The translations under genes were made by a program, and so were the position numbers. DNA of 64,000 nt. Source: Euprymna scolopes (taxonomy: Eukaryota). The stretch lies in assembly GCA_053919585.1 (NCBI GenBank), contig CM132802.1. The stretch is one strand, 5' to 3'. The notes beneath the pieces were generated by a model. The model did not search any database. It was not told the DNA's origin and saw only the letters and a program-made list of their open reading frames with translations. Positions within the stretch are counted from its first letter, which is position 1. Each line of letters begins with the position of its first letter. Shown in pieces: positions 38,546 through 50,526 of the stretch.

Positions 38546-39389
38546 AGATGAAACGAATAGTTTCTGAGTGTGTGTCTTGGTTTAACCGTTATATTGGATT
38601 AAGCGGGGATTTCGTTTGATTTCGTTATTTTAGTTAGGGGTAAGAGGTGATAGATAAAGCGGATATACACAGTCCCTATAACGCAACACACGAAGACCAT
38701 CAGTCGACTCCTTATTCACAGGAATAAGGCCTACGGAATGCTCAAATGAGATGAGTGCGATATGGCAAACCAGACACACCTATATACGACTCATTTTAGA
38801 GCAAGCGCTCTAAGAGCTACTAAAGAATTAGGGTTCTCGTACTGTCAGTCTGAATCAGCAGACAGCCACTGTCAAACGGTATCCTTCAAGATGACAGACA
38901 AGAGTAGCCCAGACCAATCATGTAAGCTACCATGGTAAAATAGCATTCTCGAAATCTCCAAGTTTAGGGGAAAGGTATGCGGCGGATGTGGCGGATGTGG
39001 GAGACGGCATTTATTTCCCTATTTTAGAAAAAAAAAAGCTAAGCACTGGGCGTCTCTAATGAGTCCCTGTGATCGCACTTCTGCTCTTGGCTAATAGGTA
39101 AAGAAGTATTACTGAGGCTAAGCGATAGGCAGAGCCCATTTACCATCTTAGGTTACAAACACGTGATTTTATCTATTCAGCAGCTTTAAGGGGGTTGCTG
39201 ACTAATACTGAGCCCCCTCTCAATTGTTTAGTGTCAATGAGTATGCGGTCAGTGGCACAGGTTTACGCACCGGAGTTTTCCTTCTCCGAGATGGATAATC
39301 TGACCAGATATACGGGTACATCAGCACCGAGTCGGTTATCTCCACGTCTAATTACAAAGCTAAATATTTTTACCCCCCGCATAGGTAGT

Positions 39390-39900
39390 GAGGATCATTA
39401 GATATAGTATCAAAGATAATTAGTATCGGCTTTTAAGTTACACTTCTCAAATTAAGATTTAGGTGGAAAAAGGTGGATTATTTACACGTTTTGAGTGGAA
39501 GCATGCACTTGTGTAAGTGTAGATTAAAAATTATTAGGGCTCAGCAAAAATTGTAGATTAATACATACATTGTAAAAATCATAGAATAGAGACTTATAGT
39601 ACTATTAGAAATGTGTTTTAGCTATAAGTTCCCATGAAAAGACACTCAGCACTACTTTCACCCATCTAAGTTAAAACATGTATAGAGTTGCTACTTACAG
39701 ATAACTTTACATCTAAGTACAAATTATAGCTAATATGGAAAATATGGTTTTATATAAGTTATAGAGTATAAATATAAATTAAGCTAATGCATGTTTTAGC
39801 AATAGAAATCTATAGATGCTTAGTATTTACCAATTTTAAAGGGTCAGCCTTCTAAAATTTGTGACCGGAAACTAAACCCCTCTCACAAAGTACATGCAAC
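39390..39900 (-). pseudogene. Very degenerate non-LTR reverse transcriptase relic
   Basis: Faint collinear echoes on the minus strand: YKTIFSIL (~YRPISIL), VCINL (~+F+DL) and an IY.ND-like segment near 39400. Confidence 0.3.
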
Positions 39901-40077
39901 TTTATTTTATAGCAGCGTGTAAAGAGAGCAACTGGTTAAGTGTCTAGTTTGAACAGGAGAGATAATATAAATTACAAGAATACAGAATAAATATACATAA
40001 GGGTTATAGAGTTTTAGGTAGAGTTAAGGAATATAACATTTTTGGAATAATGTTTCTCATGGAAAACAGACACAAGC

Positions 40078-40144
40078 AAATGAAAGTGCTTCTGACTTTG
40101 CCACCAAGACGACTCTTGGAGGCAAAGTAAGATACCTTTCATTT
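40078..40144. repeat. 67-nt imperfect palindrome/hairpin
   Basis: AAATGAAAG..TCTGACTTTGCCACCAAGA-CGAC-TCTTGGAGGCAAAGTAAGA..CTTTCATTT, ~30-bp stem with a 4-nt loop. Confidence 0.85.
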
Positions 40145-42279
40145 CGAAAGTAAGAAAAGAATCTATGCCAGTTTTTAGTATCATACATATGTAACCATAC
40201 GGCCAGTGCAGGACTTTTATTTAGACATAAACTTAGTACAGGAACGATAAATTATGCTTTTGAAAAGATTGAAGAAATATCAGTAATGAAGAGCAGACAA
40301 TTTTAGGTGAATAATCAATACAATCTCATGCTTGGTATGATAGCATTCTTATTTACAGTTCTGCCGTATTTCAACCAGATGGATGTAGAATTTAGAATTT
40401 AAGTATCATAGTTAAATTTTTAAAAATATCCGCACATTCTGTTGTGGCTGCCCAAACTAGAAAGTTATGTTCCCCAAAATAATCGAAAAGGAGCATAGTA
40501 TGCTTTTCATTTCATTGTTAATTGAACAGAGGAGGTAGGTAAAACGCGTGCGAATTTAAGATTCACAGCTAGATTTTCAGCTGGTTGATTTAAGAAAGAC
40601 ATTTTATAGTTGAAATATTGTTCATATATTAGTTTTACAATATGATGTAATATTAAGGTACGATTCAAAATTATATAAGGTATTAGGATAGAATTAGATG
40701 TACGATATCTGGATAGTTGTGTTTGAGAGGAAATGTACGCATCTAATCAGTATAGATACTGTATTAGATATAACATATCAATATGGGAATTTATAGTAAA
40801 TACAAACATATGAGCATTGTAGATATTATGTATAATGCTTACATAAAGTTCCGCTGGCTCATAAAGTTTAAAGATAACTACTTGGTTCATTAAAATCATA
40901 AATGTATTTTGCGTAATCATGATTAGCAGCTCTTTTTTATATTAATTTGACTTCGGAGATGTGGCTTGTACTAATTGTAAATATATAGTGTTAATGTATA
41001 TTAGGGCTCAAAAGATGGTGTTAGGATATTGATTAGCAGAGAAACAGTTGCAGTTTATTGTAGTCAGTTTAAATATAAAAAATAAATATATTAATGGTTT
41101 TCCCGTTTAGATGGGGGAGGTGACGAAATTCAATTGCACACAAAAAAAAATCAAGACGAAAATTAGAAAAAAAACAAAGTAAAGAACAGCATGTTCGCAA
41201 TGCTAAGGAATAGTCGGATAATTAATTGTAATATATAATTAATCCAGTAAACATATTAAAAGGCCAGTTCCCCCGATGCTGAAATGTCACAGTTGCAAAC
41301 TCTTTTTGTTTTTTTTTATGATTACGTTTTTCTAAATCAACATCACCACATAGATAGTAATATAAACAGAAGTCGAAAAACTGCATGCGCGTTAATGGTT
41401 TGAAAGAATATTTCAACGGTTATAATGTATAATATTGTATTCATCAAAAGTACTTTACAATAATGTTATAAGAGATATGTAAAATAAAGCAGCATATGCC
41501 AGTTTCAATGATAAGCGAAATTTTGTTAAATAAGCATGGAAGAATAAATCCAGAGAGGATTTTATTGTAGCTTTTTCATTAGATAGAGTTTTTTGGTAAC
41601 TAGGCAATTTTAAAATGTAAGCATGGAATAGTATAATGCATTACTGTGTCAAGACGAAACGGTATCCCAATAATTTTCAAAGGCAAAATATATTTTACGA
41701 AGTGGTTTCTGTTTCTGATTGATTGCAGGCAGGGCGCGATTTTATCTAGTTGTGCTATCCGAACTAACGCTGTCTATAAATATTACCTTCTAAGTTGTGT
41801 AATGATATCTTCCACCGTATACCAAATATATGGCCACACGCTAATTTCTTGTAAAACGGAAACGTCCTTTCCTTTTCACTCTCCGCCCCAAAGTGAAAAA
41901 GTAAACAACCGAAATAAAAAAAAAATGGAAATCATTAAGATTGGATTTTTTTTAAATGTCAAATGATGTATATGTGTATAAAAAGTAAAATTCATATTTT
42001 TTTTCATTTAGTATTAACTATTTACGTGCAAAATCAATGCTGAGGCTATAAATTTATAACTGTTTTGACGTCCCAATTTACAAATGACAATTCACAAATA
42101 ATAATAAAATTGACCAGTTTTAATGACATTTACAGCATTTCTCAAATAACGAGCACTAAATATAATGAACACATTTTTTTTACTTAAATCATAGTGGAAA
42201 TTTATGATTTTGTTTAAATAAAAATACATTTACTAAAGATATGGTTATCACAAGTAAATCATCTTATTTTTTCAGAAAA

Positions 42280-42690
42280 TCTTAGACATCTCCAACAGTT
42301 GTACTAACATGAAATGACAATTTTCTGTAAATACGGAAAACCAGACATACACATATAATCCAGGATGACTTACACGAATAAATAACTTGGAGCTATCAGA
42401 AATTACATACAATATCACTCCTGTATCATGCACATGTAGTTGAACTTTTGAAATACATTAAGGACAGACATGTACCGAGGATTCAATTTACATATGTCTG
42501 TGATTGACATTAAAAAAATGAATACCACACGGCTATATGACCATAACGGTTCAAGAGCAGGATAAGCTAGAACAGTCCAGTAAATTGATGCAACTCTGTC
42601 AGCAGATATATCTAAACCTGAAGATCCAAAGTTTTGAGATTTACTTAATTCTTTTATGGTACATTGTCCAACCTCATTGTAATTGTTTGC
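42280..42690 (+). pseudogene. Helitron Rep (HUH endonuclease) domain relic
   Basis: Collinear motifs KYGKPDI, NP, a degraded VI..QKRG+PH.. segment (IPHGYM), IDATLSADI (~ID..ISAEIP) and FMVHCP (~MVHGP). Many stops and frameshifts. Confidence 0.75.
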
Positions 42691-42764
42691 ATTTGTAATA
42701 AGGTGTATCTTACTGATTTGTGTTTTAAAATGATTGAACTACCGTTGAATTTACAAAGATTCTG

Positions 42765-42765
<1 letters not shown>

Positions 42766-42795
<30 letters not shown>

Positions 42796-42843
42796 TTATT
42801 ATTATTATTATTAATATTATTATTATTATTATTATTATTATTA
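42766..42843. repeat. Compound (CTT)n(TTA)n microsatellite
   Basis: Directly visible; explains the poly-F/poly-L ORF. Confidence 0.95.
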
Positions 42844-43080
42844 AAAGTAATAATAGATTATATAGAGCTTTCCTTTTATAATTTGGAATATTTTTTTAAA
42901 AATTCGTCAATATCAGGCCTAGTTTTTAATTATTTAAAAATAATAGANNNNNNNNNNNNNNNNNNNNNNNNNNNNNNNNNNNNNNNNNNNNNNNNNNNNN
43001 NNNNNNNNNNNNNNNNNNNNNNNNNNNNNNNNNNNNNNNNNNNNNNNNNNNNNNNNNNNNNNNNNNNNNNNNNNNAACGT

Positions 43081-43408
43081 TCAACTATATACGAATATAT
43101 AAATCGGTATGACGTGTGTGTGTCTGTCGATTACTTCATAAAAGAACTTTGGGCATATTCCAAACGAATTCTGCTTAACCACGGCGCGCAGAAAGACCGA
43201 ATGCCGGTGCCAAAAACGGTAAAAATGGCATTTTTTCCCTCAAGTTGGAAGCCAAATCAAACTTATTTGGTGAGGAGAGCGTGGCCCGCTGCCAATGTTT
43301 GCCACTCGCCTAAAAGTCAGCGTTCCGGGAAAGAGCGCCGTAGGCCCGTGCATGATCGGCGTGGCTTGAATTCTCTTTCTTCTCTTCGCCTTCAGGCAGC
43401 CTTTCCAG
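43081..43408 (+). mobile_element. Short GC-rich non-autonomous Helitron-like element
   Basis: 5' TCAACTATATACGAATATATAAAT followed by GTGTGTGTGTCTGTC. 3' hairpin GCCT-TC-AGGC, then CCAG|T. A second similar head starts at 43421. Confidence 0.45.
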
Positions 43409-43876
43409 TCTTGGAACAATTCAACTATATAGAACTTTCGCATATCAACGTGTGTGAATCAGACAATAATGAAATATTGAAAATCTAATCGTCTGTAGAG
43501 AACAGGAAACAGATGAATTTAAGAAACATTGCTTGCTCAATAGAATGCGGGTTTACTGAACTGTCTGTTTTTTCCGGCTGTCAAAAGATAATTGTATGTT
43601 GCATCAGCGCTTAAAACAACAACCTATTCGATAACTATGGGGCCATTTTGAATATTCTCTGGGTGTGCACGTGATTCAATCAAAACAACGTATACATCCA
43701 GGATTAACGTATAAATAAAATAGACATATACATTGAGCCCATCTTCCCATTTTCGTAGCAGACAATATTATTTGTTTTAAATGACTTCGATGTGTACCCA
43801 TATTATGTGTGTCAATGTACACGATTTGCAAGTAAGATGGATAATATAATGCCTTATTTGTAGAATCATACATTAT

Positions 43877-43948
43877 ATATATATGTGTGTGTGTGTGTGT
43901 ATGTATGTGTGTGTTTAGGCGTGTGTGTTTGTGCGTGAGTGTGTGTGC
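43877..43948. repeat. (TA)n/(GT)n microsatellite
   Basis: Directly visible. Confidence 0.9.
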
Positions 43949-45611
43949 ATTCCCAGTTTTAAAACGGGCGAAATAAATATTAAAAAAGACAGAGTTAATC
44001 ATAATAAGTATTCTTTACAATGATTACATACACTACTTAATCATTATTCTTAATATTATAGTACACATCTGCATGATGTCCTCGTCTATGACAACTTAAG
44101 GTTAGAGACTTTAGCTACAATTCATTTTACATATATTTACATCACGTAACTTTTCTAAGTCTGTGTCTAAATAAAATTGTATTACTCAAAAATATTTGAC
44201 TTTTCACATGGATGACTGGACCATATGACACTAAAATACATTACGATTTTCCTAGGAAATTGTCATCGAGTAAACGCGATAGAACACAAAATGTTTGCTA
44301 CAATTTCTGTCTACCTCATCCAAAAAGTGCTTACACTCTGCATGTATATTATATTCTGTCTCTGAAATTCGTCTGGTCTTAAAATGTTTTCAATCTTCAT
44401 GTCAAGTTTCCTTCGTTAAAAAATATTGAAACCTTTTTTTAGTAGCCTACCGTAATTTTATTTAGTTCATGTATTAGCAATTTAAAACCCATATATGTTT
44501 TTTCTTTTTTTACTGCTTATTATGATTTTCTTTAATTTATTCGTTATACTTTATTGAAAGTGGTAAAATGATGTGTACGTAATTGCATGTCATATTAAAA
44601 TCCGTATTAATCTCAAATGTTAGGGATAGTTTAATTGTATTAAAATAATAACAAGATAAAAATAGATTTGTTGAGATGTCTGGTGAAACCATTTTTACGT
44701 ACTTTCTTGTTAGAACAAAGAACATTTACGTTTCTACTTAACAAGGCATTTATCTTACCAAATGTAAAACAACTTAATCTTTAATAAGATGATTAGGTAC
44801 AATAATATTCACTTATTGTACAGGCTCCTTCAGTATTTGACAGACTTTGGATACCCACGAAGGGGTACCTGCACGTGAAATGTTTGTGACCAATAAGTGA
44901 CCAATCTCCAACCACACCTCTCCTTAGTCGACATTGTTTAATACCAGTGACCAGTGAAGTGTCTACAGGACGACTGAAAACAAATGCTGAGATAACTGGA
45001 GAGCATATACAGCGTCTAGAATTCCCTAATGGTGCATGCACAGAATTATAATTATATGAAAAGAACAAATAACGTCTTACGCGTATTCATTTTTATTGAC
45101 TATTATAATGTTCATATATTTTGTTGTTTCACCACGTTTAGTTTAACTTATTATCAGCTACTTTTCAGGTAAAATAATGTCTGGTAACAGTATCCCCAAA
45201 TATAACTGGAGATCTCGTCGCGGTAAACCGCTTGTAGAATGCCAGAATATAAGTTGCTGAAACATGGTAAAACAAAAACAATAATAAAGCTGATAATAGC
45301 ATTCCGTAAAAAATATATACGCAAATAATGAAACCTAATTTAAATTGATTACAACGAAATAATAAAATAAAAAATATAAAATTCTTACGCTTTATACAAA
45401 GCAAAATTAGATTTAAAAAATCACCTAAAATCATGAGATGTGTTAATTTTTAAATAAGGTTAGCTACTTTTACACAATTGTACATATATGAAAAACTACA
45501 CAATTATAAAGAAAACTTATCGGTAATTCATGGACTTGTTATCTCTATATAAATAAAATGAACTCATTTTTCCCCTCCGACTTTGACCTTTATAGGACTG
45601 CACCTGCTTAC

Positions 45612-45731
45612 ATTTGGTGCAGCCGTATCGTTCACAAACTGAATCACGACATCTGCCTTTTGTTATAGGCTTATTACATATCCAGTATCTCGCTGATCGG
45701 AGTTTCCTATATTCTGTCTGGTGAGAGTCCA
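45612..45731 (-). CDS. Candidate 120-bp phase 1-1 exon encoding xDSHQTEYRKLRSARYWICNKPITKGRCRDSVCERYGCTK (Cys-rich, furin-like site)
   Basis: Acceptor TTTTTACAG|, donor |GTAAGC, open frame, and raised GC relative to the flanks. No homologue recognised. Confidence 0.35.
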
Positions 45732-47784
45732 CTGTAAAAATCGGTTATATTTAATGGAAGTAGTAAAGTAAACTCTCTCTACAAAATTCATCCTTCCACC
45801 GCCACTCACTTACACCGTTCCTGGCCGTTCACAGGAGACATTTAAAACCGAACAGCGGTTAGAATTTATCTAAAAACTGGACTGGACTTACGCTGAAACG
45901 AACCACGCTTACTTTGCCATTGGTTAGCATAAAACACAAACACAAATTATAAAGCATTTATTTTATTACAATTAGATTAAAACAGAACACAATCCGTTAC
46001 CTGGAATTGAATTCACAATTACATTACTCCGATGTCGTTATTACCCGCGTGGTTAGAGTTTTATGAAAACCTGAATTGACATTTACGTGAAACGCACCAA
46101 ACTTTCTTACACAAACACAACTTTCGTTTTGCTCTTTCTTTTCATTCTTTTTTTCTTTCTTACTTTCTTTCTTACCTTTCGTTGTCTTTTTCGCTTTTTG
46201 GGTGATGGAGGTGGGGGTACTTCCCTATGTTTCCCTTTCTTTCCATAAACATAAACACAAACTAAACGCTATACGTTATCTTGAATTGTATTACCGAACA
46301 CATTACTTCGCTTACTCGACTTACATTAACTTTACACTCGCGTTGGGGGGACTACTTTCCTATTTTTCAGTCTACACGATATTTCACTTTTGTAAAGCTA
46401 ATTCTTAACAAACTTCCTTTATAATCTTTCCTTTGCGTCTTTACTTCTTTCTATCTTTTTTTCCCCCTTTTCTGCTCTTTCCATTGTTAAAACGAAACGA
46501 AACGACACAACCTGATATTCCAGGTTTTACTTAAACTCTATCACTCTACGACTCTTACTTGTGTATCCAACTCTATTTGTGCCACGTTCCTTTACTTTTT
46601 CACCGTACCAGTTACCAGACGACATTCAGGTAAATAGAGCTTTATATGCGGCGATATTCACGTACATGAACTTCCCTTTGTGTTCTTTTTCTTGGGGGCC
46701 GGTTTACGTTACTACACGTTATCCATGGATCGGGCGATCGCTGTCAGACGATATTACGACTTCTTCTTTTTTATTTTTTACTTTTATATTATGCTATCTT
46801 TCCACTAATTTCGGAATTCATACTCAGGGGACGGGTGACTTATTACATCAGTGGTTATTTATTTATTATTTTTTTGCAATTTATTACTTTTTTTCCCTTG
46901 GTGGAAGTTTCATTAAACCATTGATATGTCAGCAGACGACATTCGAATGGGAAGAAACCGACGACGACCACTACGACGACCACTACGACGACAATGCAGA
47001 CACACAGGTTTAATTCAAAAACACATCGTCTGCAACGGATCGCTTACACAAAATAAAATATACCAAAATAATAAAACAACAACAACAACCAATAAACAAA
47101 AACAAATACACAATTACTTAGGAAAAAAACATATATAATTACTATATTCTACCAAACTACATAAATAAACACTATTAATTTTTACACATACTTACATTTT
47201 TCAGCGTACGATTCTTGCGGTTATTCAATATTGTTGCATTTTTATTCTTTCCGGTTTGCAGTAGAACCTCTCTTTCTCCACTTTTTATTTCGTTCTTTAT
47301 TTACTTCCTTTTTTTGGGGGGGGGACATCTACCAATGATTTTAACACACATTTTCCATTGCATCATGTACGAAATTTTACTTTGTTGTTTTTTGCGAACG
47401 CCAATATCATTCGGTTTGGTTCTATTTAATTCATGTTTTGTACTAACAAGGTATTTTTTTTCTCGGAAATACACCCAGAAAACTTTATTTTTCACGTGTA
47501 CAAATACTTTTTTACCCTTTGGCACATTAAGTTTACTCCTTACTCTTTCGAATACAATACAAAACTCATAGGAAACCTACAAAAAATTTAGGATAAATCG
47601 GCTTGCACAACTAAGTCCCTCATTTTTGCCCGCCCAGTCTTGCACAGTTTACATATTTGGGTCCTTCTGTTTGCCGGGGGGGGGGGCGATTATAACTTCT
47701 CCAAAACCGGGGTATTGGAAACATCCACAGCAATGTTTTTTTTTCCACAAAAAATGGCCACTACAAGAACTATGCTTATTTCCT

Positions 47785-48564
47785 GATAAATTTGCTTCCA
47801 TACTTCTACAAATTGGAGATGGCAAAATTCCAACAGACAAACATGGTAAAATTGTAATTACTTCAAGTATTGGATCAATTGTTTCCTCACTCGCAGAACT
47901 TTGTAACAAAGTTTACCCAAATATAGCTGCAAATTATACTAATCCTCAATGGCTAACAGAAAGAGCAATTTTAGCTCCAAAAAATGATATGGTACACATC
48001 ATCAATGACCAACTGCTTGATGAAATTCCAGATGAGGAACAAATTTACAGTTCTCCAGATTCTACTGTAGATAATGACCATGCTGTACAGTACCCTACAG
48101 AATTTTTAAATTCCTTGCAATTACCTGGTATGCCTCCACACAAATTAAAACTGAAATCTGGATGTCCAATTGTGTTACTCAGAAACCTTGATGCTCCACG
48201 ACTATGCAATGGAACAAGATTATGTGTAACACAAATGCAACCTCATGTGAAAGAAGCAGTCATATTGGCTGGTGTAGCTACAGGCGAATTGACATTTCTT
48301 CCTAGAATACCAAGTATTCCATCAGATTCAACAATTCCATTTAAAAGGCTTCAGTTCCCAATAAAATTATGTTTTGCCATGACAATAAATAAGTCGCAAG
48401 GACAAACCTTGGCAGTGGTTGGTCTGAACTTAGCTTCTTCTTGCTTTAGTCACGGACAGTTTTATGTAGGATGTTCACGGGTAGGTTCCCCACACAATCT
48501 ATATATATTAGCACCAGAGGGTAGAATATCAAACATTGTGTATCCAAGAGCTTTATACAAATAG
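47785..48564 (+). CDS. Helitron RepHel helicase C-terminal fragment (Pif1-like SF1B), uninterrupted but 5'-truncated
   Basis: LLQIGDG, ERAILAPKN, YPTEFLNSL..GMPPHKLKLK.G.PIVLLRNL..PRLCNGTRL, RLQFPIKLCFAMTINKSQGQTL, FSHGQFYVGCSRV, NIVY. The first ~50 residues of ORF 47626-48564 are not helicase-like and the ORF starts at TTG. Confidence 0.9.
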   Translation, partial: DKFASILLQIGDGKIPTDKHGKIVITSSIGSIVSSLAELCNKVYPNIAANYTNPQWLTERAILAPKNDMVHIINDQLLDEIPDEEQIYSSPDSTVDNDHAVQYPTEFLNSLQLPGMPPHKLKLKSGCPIVLLRNLDAPRLCNGTRLCVTQMQPHVKEAVILAGVATGELTFLPRIPSIPSDSTIPFKRLQFPIKLCFAMTINKSQGQTLAVVGLNLASSCFSHGQFYVGCSRVGSPHNLYILAPEGRISNIVYPRALYK

Positions 48565-48825
48565 GAAAGTCAATTCTCCCTTCTATTATTATTTATAGTT
48601 ATTTTCTGCTGTGAATTATCAGCATGGCAGTCTCGTAAGTATTGTCCACACTCCACCCATATTCCTGTCAGGTCAATGTTTTAAAACTCTGATAGGAATT
48701 TCTTATGGGAAGTTTCTAATCTTTTTCATTATAGAATGTGTACCTTTTTCTATTCAAAATTTAATTTAATACAACTGTTCACTTCTTTCATGTTAAGTTA
48801 CTTAAAATCACTAAACTCAGCTGCA

Positions 48826-49021
48826 GTGCTCCGTGGCATAGTGGTTAGCATGCCGGACAATTCACATTATATTTTCACATTCGCGCTGACCTACCGTAGT
48901 CTTTTTTTTTTTTTTCATAAACACCTAAAATGGATTTTCTTGGTGGCCGAGTTGTTAACATTGCATGTTTTTTTTTCACACTAAATTTCCCAACTTTGCC
49001 CCAATACTCCGGGTTTGATCC
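48826..49021 (+). other. tRNA-derived (SINE-head-like) Pol III promoter remnants inside the Helitron 3' region
   Basis: GCTCCGTGGCATAGTGGTTAGCATG (A box), GGTGGCCGAGTTGTTAA (~48942, second A box) and GGGTTTGATCC (~49011, B-box-like). No complete cloverleaf. Confidence 0.4.
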
Positions 49022-50306
49022 TTCCTGCTTACCTAACATCACTTTTTATTTATTAAACAATCCCCACCCCGGAAACAAACACCCGGGCAACGATTTTTTT
49101 TATTCTTTTGTTTTGATTTACTCAAAACCGCACACACCTCGAAACATCCGAGCAACGCCGGGTACCCCTGCTAGTATTTAAATAAATGAAATATTATTTT
49201 CTTGCATATACTTCGATCCCGCTGCAAAAAAAAATCAAATCTGTGACTGGTTATTCAACAAATAAATCTCGTGAACTCATTTTTTAGTTTTATATTAAAA
49301 TGAGAAAATAGTAATTGTACATGATTTTACCAATATGAAAAATCAAATCATATGTTCCAGTGAGGAACAAAAAAGGTTGCATAACAGATGTTGCGTAAAA
49401 AAGGAGAACTTTCATTTAAAAAACGAAACAAGGTACATGCACGTAATTCTACCTTTGAAAAAAACAGACAGACTTTTACCTCTGACAAAAAAAAAATGTT
49501 CTGCCAGAAGGATGACGTAAAATCATCCAGTATATGTATATTTAAATAATAAGAAGTTGCTTGTATAGAATGCTCTCAATATCTTACTCGTGGGCTAAAA
49601 AAATCTTACAAATGAAAAAGCAGAAAAATCATCGAGCAGTTTGATATTTCATTTTTTTATAAGGGAAAAATTATTAGTAGTGCATTTAGGGCTTCCTTAA
49701 TTTTAATTAATGCTTTCAGTATCGGCATGGAGACCTCCTGAGTTTTTCTTATGATCAAATAAAAAACTACTTCTTCTAGTGATAAATGTTTATTTTTCAT
49801 ACTGTGGATTTGCTCTTACTTGTCATTAAGTTATTTCGTAAGTGATTCAGACGCATTCTGTATGTGTATTTTTACTGTATATTAAATAAATATGTATAAT
49901 GAGAGTTAGATAATAGATTGTATTAGTGTTCCGAAGGCATCCTTGATTTTATTCAGTTCCTAAATTGCTGTTCTACTTGCTTTCTATACTTTATTTTCCT
50001 CGCTGACTTGTTTATTGTATAATTTATTATTTAAGGACTATAAATGTGTAAGTTCTGTTCTGTAGGTGTCCTAATTTAGTATTTGAATTAGCAGTCTTGT
50101 GGCCTCATCGTTTTATTACTTCACTGCTCACGGTAAAACATTTCTTTTTTAAGGGAAGGAGATAAGAAACACGGCTTTTAGAAAGCTATTAAATCCTCCT
50201 ATATTTTCCCGTGCTTTTGCTTGCGCTTTTGGGATCTCTTGCTTTTTATTTTTTCAATGATTTCCTATATGGTTCAATTATTAAAAAATAATTTCAATGA
50301 TCATGA

Positions 50307-50526
50307 TGTAAGGAAATAACCTAGCGTCCCTTCATAAAGGAAATGAACTATGGAGATAGTGACCCTCTCGCGAGACTGGGACAGAAGGAAAAAGACAGGA
50401 TGAGAATAACAAAATATGTCGAGTAACTCTAATGTCACATGCTTTCCCTTGTGAATAAACCCCTTTTTCTTTCACTTATAACCCCGTGTTTCTTGCTGTA
50501 TTCTTATTTAAAGTAAGGATATAACA
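50307..50526 (+). repeat. Putative 220-bp 5' LTR
   Basis: TGTAAGG...GATATAACA termini, internal AATAAA, immediately upstream of the gag leader. No partner LTR in the window. Confidence 0.6.

Larger units (their letters stand above)
47780..49174 (+). mobile_element. Helitron 3' portion with canonical terminus
   Basis: Pif1-type helicase C-terminus, then the hairpin CCGAGCAACGCCGG (49148-49161) and CTAG|T at 49171-49175. The 5' end was not found. Confidence 0.92.

Noticed and set aside
39040-39400. SINE relics (GAGTTTTCCTTCTCC motif)
   Set aside because: Resemblance to RTE-tailed SINEs is from memory only; boundaries and promoter boxes could not be established.
47626-48564. Host PIF1 gene
   Set aside because: Intronless, lacks helicase motifs I/II, has the Helitron-type signature, and is followed by a Helitron hairpin and CTAG.
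48826-48870. Functional tRNA gene
   Set aside because: Only the 5' half/A box is recognisable; no T-arm or acceptor stem at the right distance.
49470-49530. Signal-peptide first exon for the Cys-rich exons
   Set aside because: The hydrophobic frame (FYVILLAEHFFFVR) is out of frame with the nearby ATG and the donor is weak; it would need an assumed indel.
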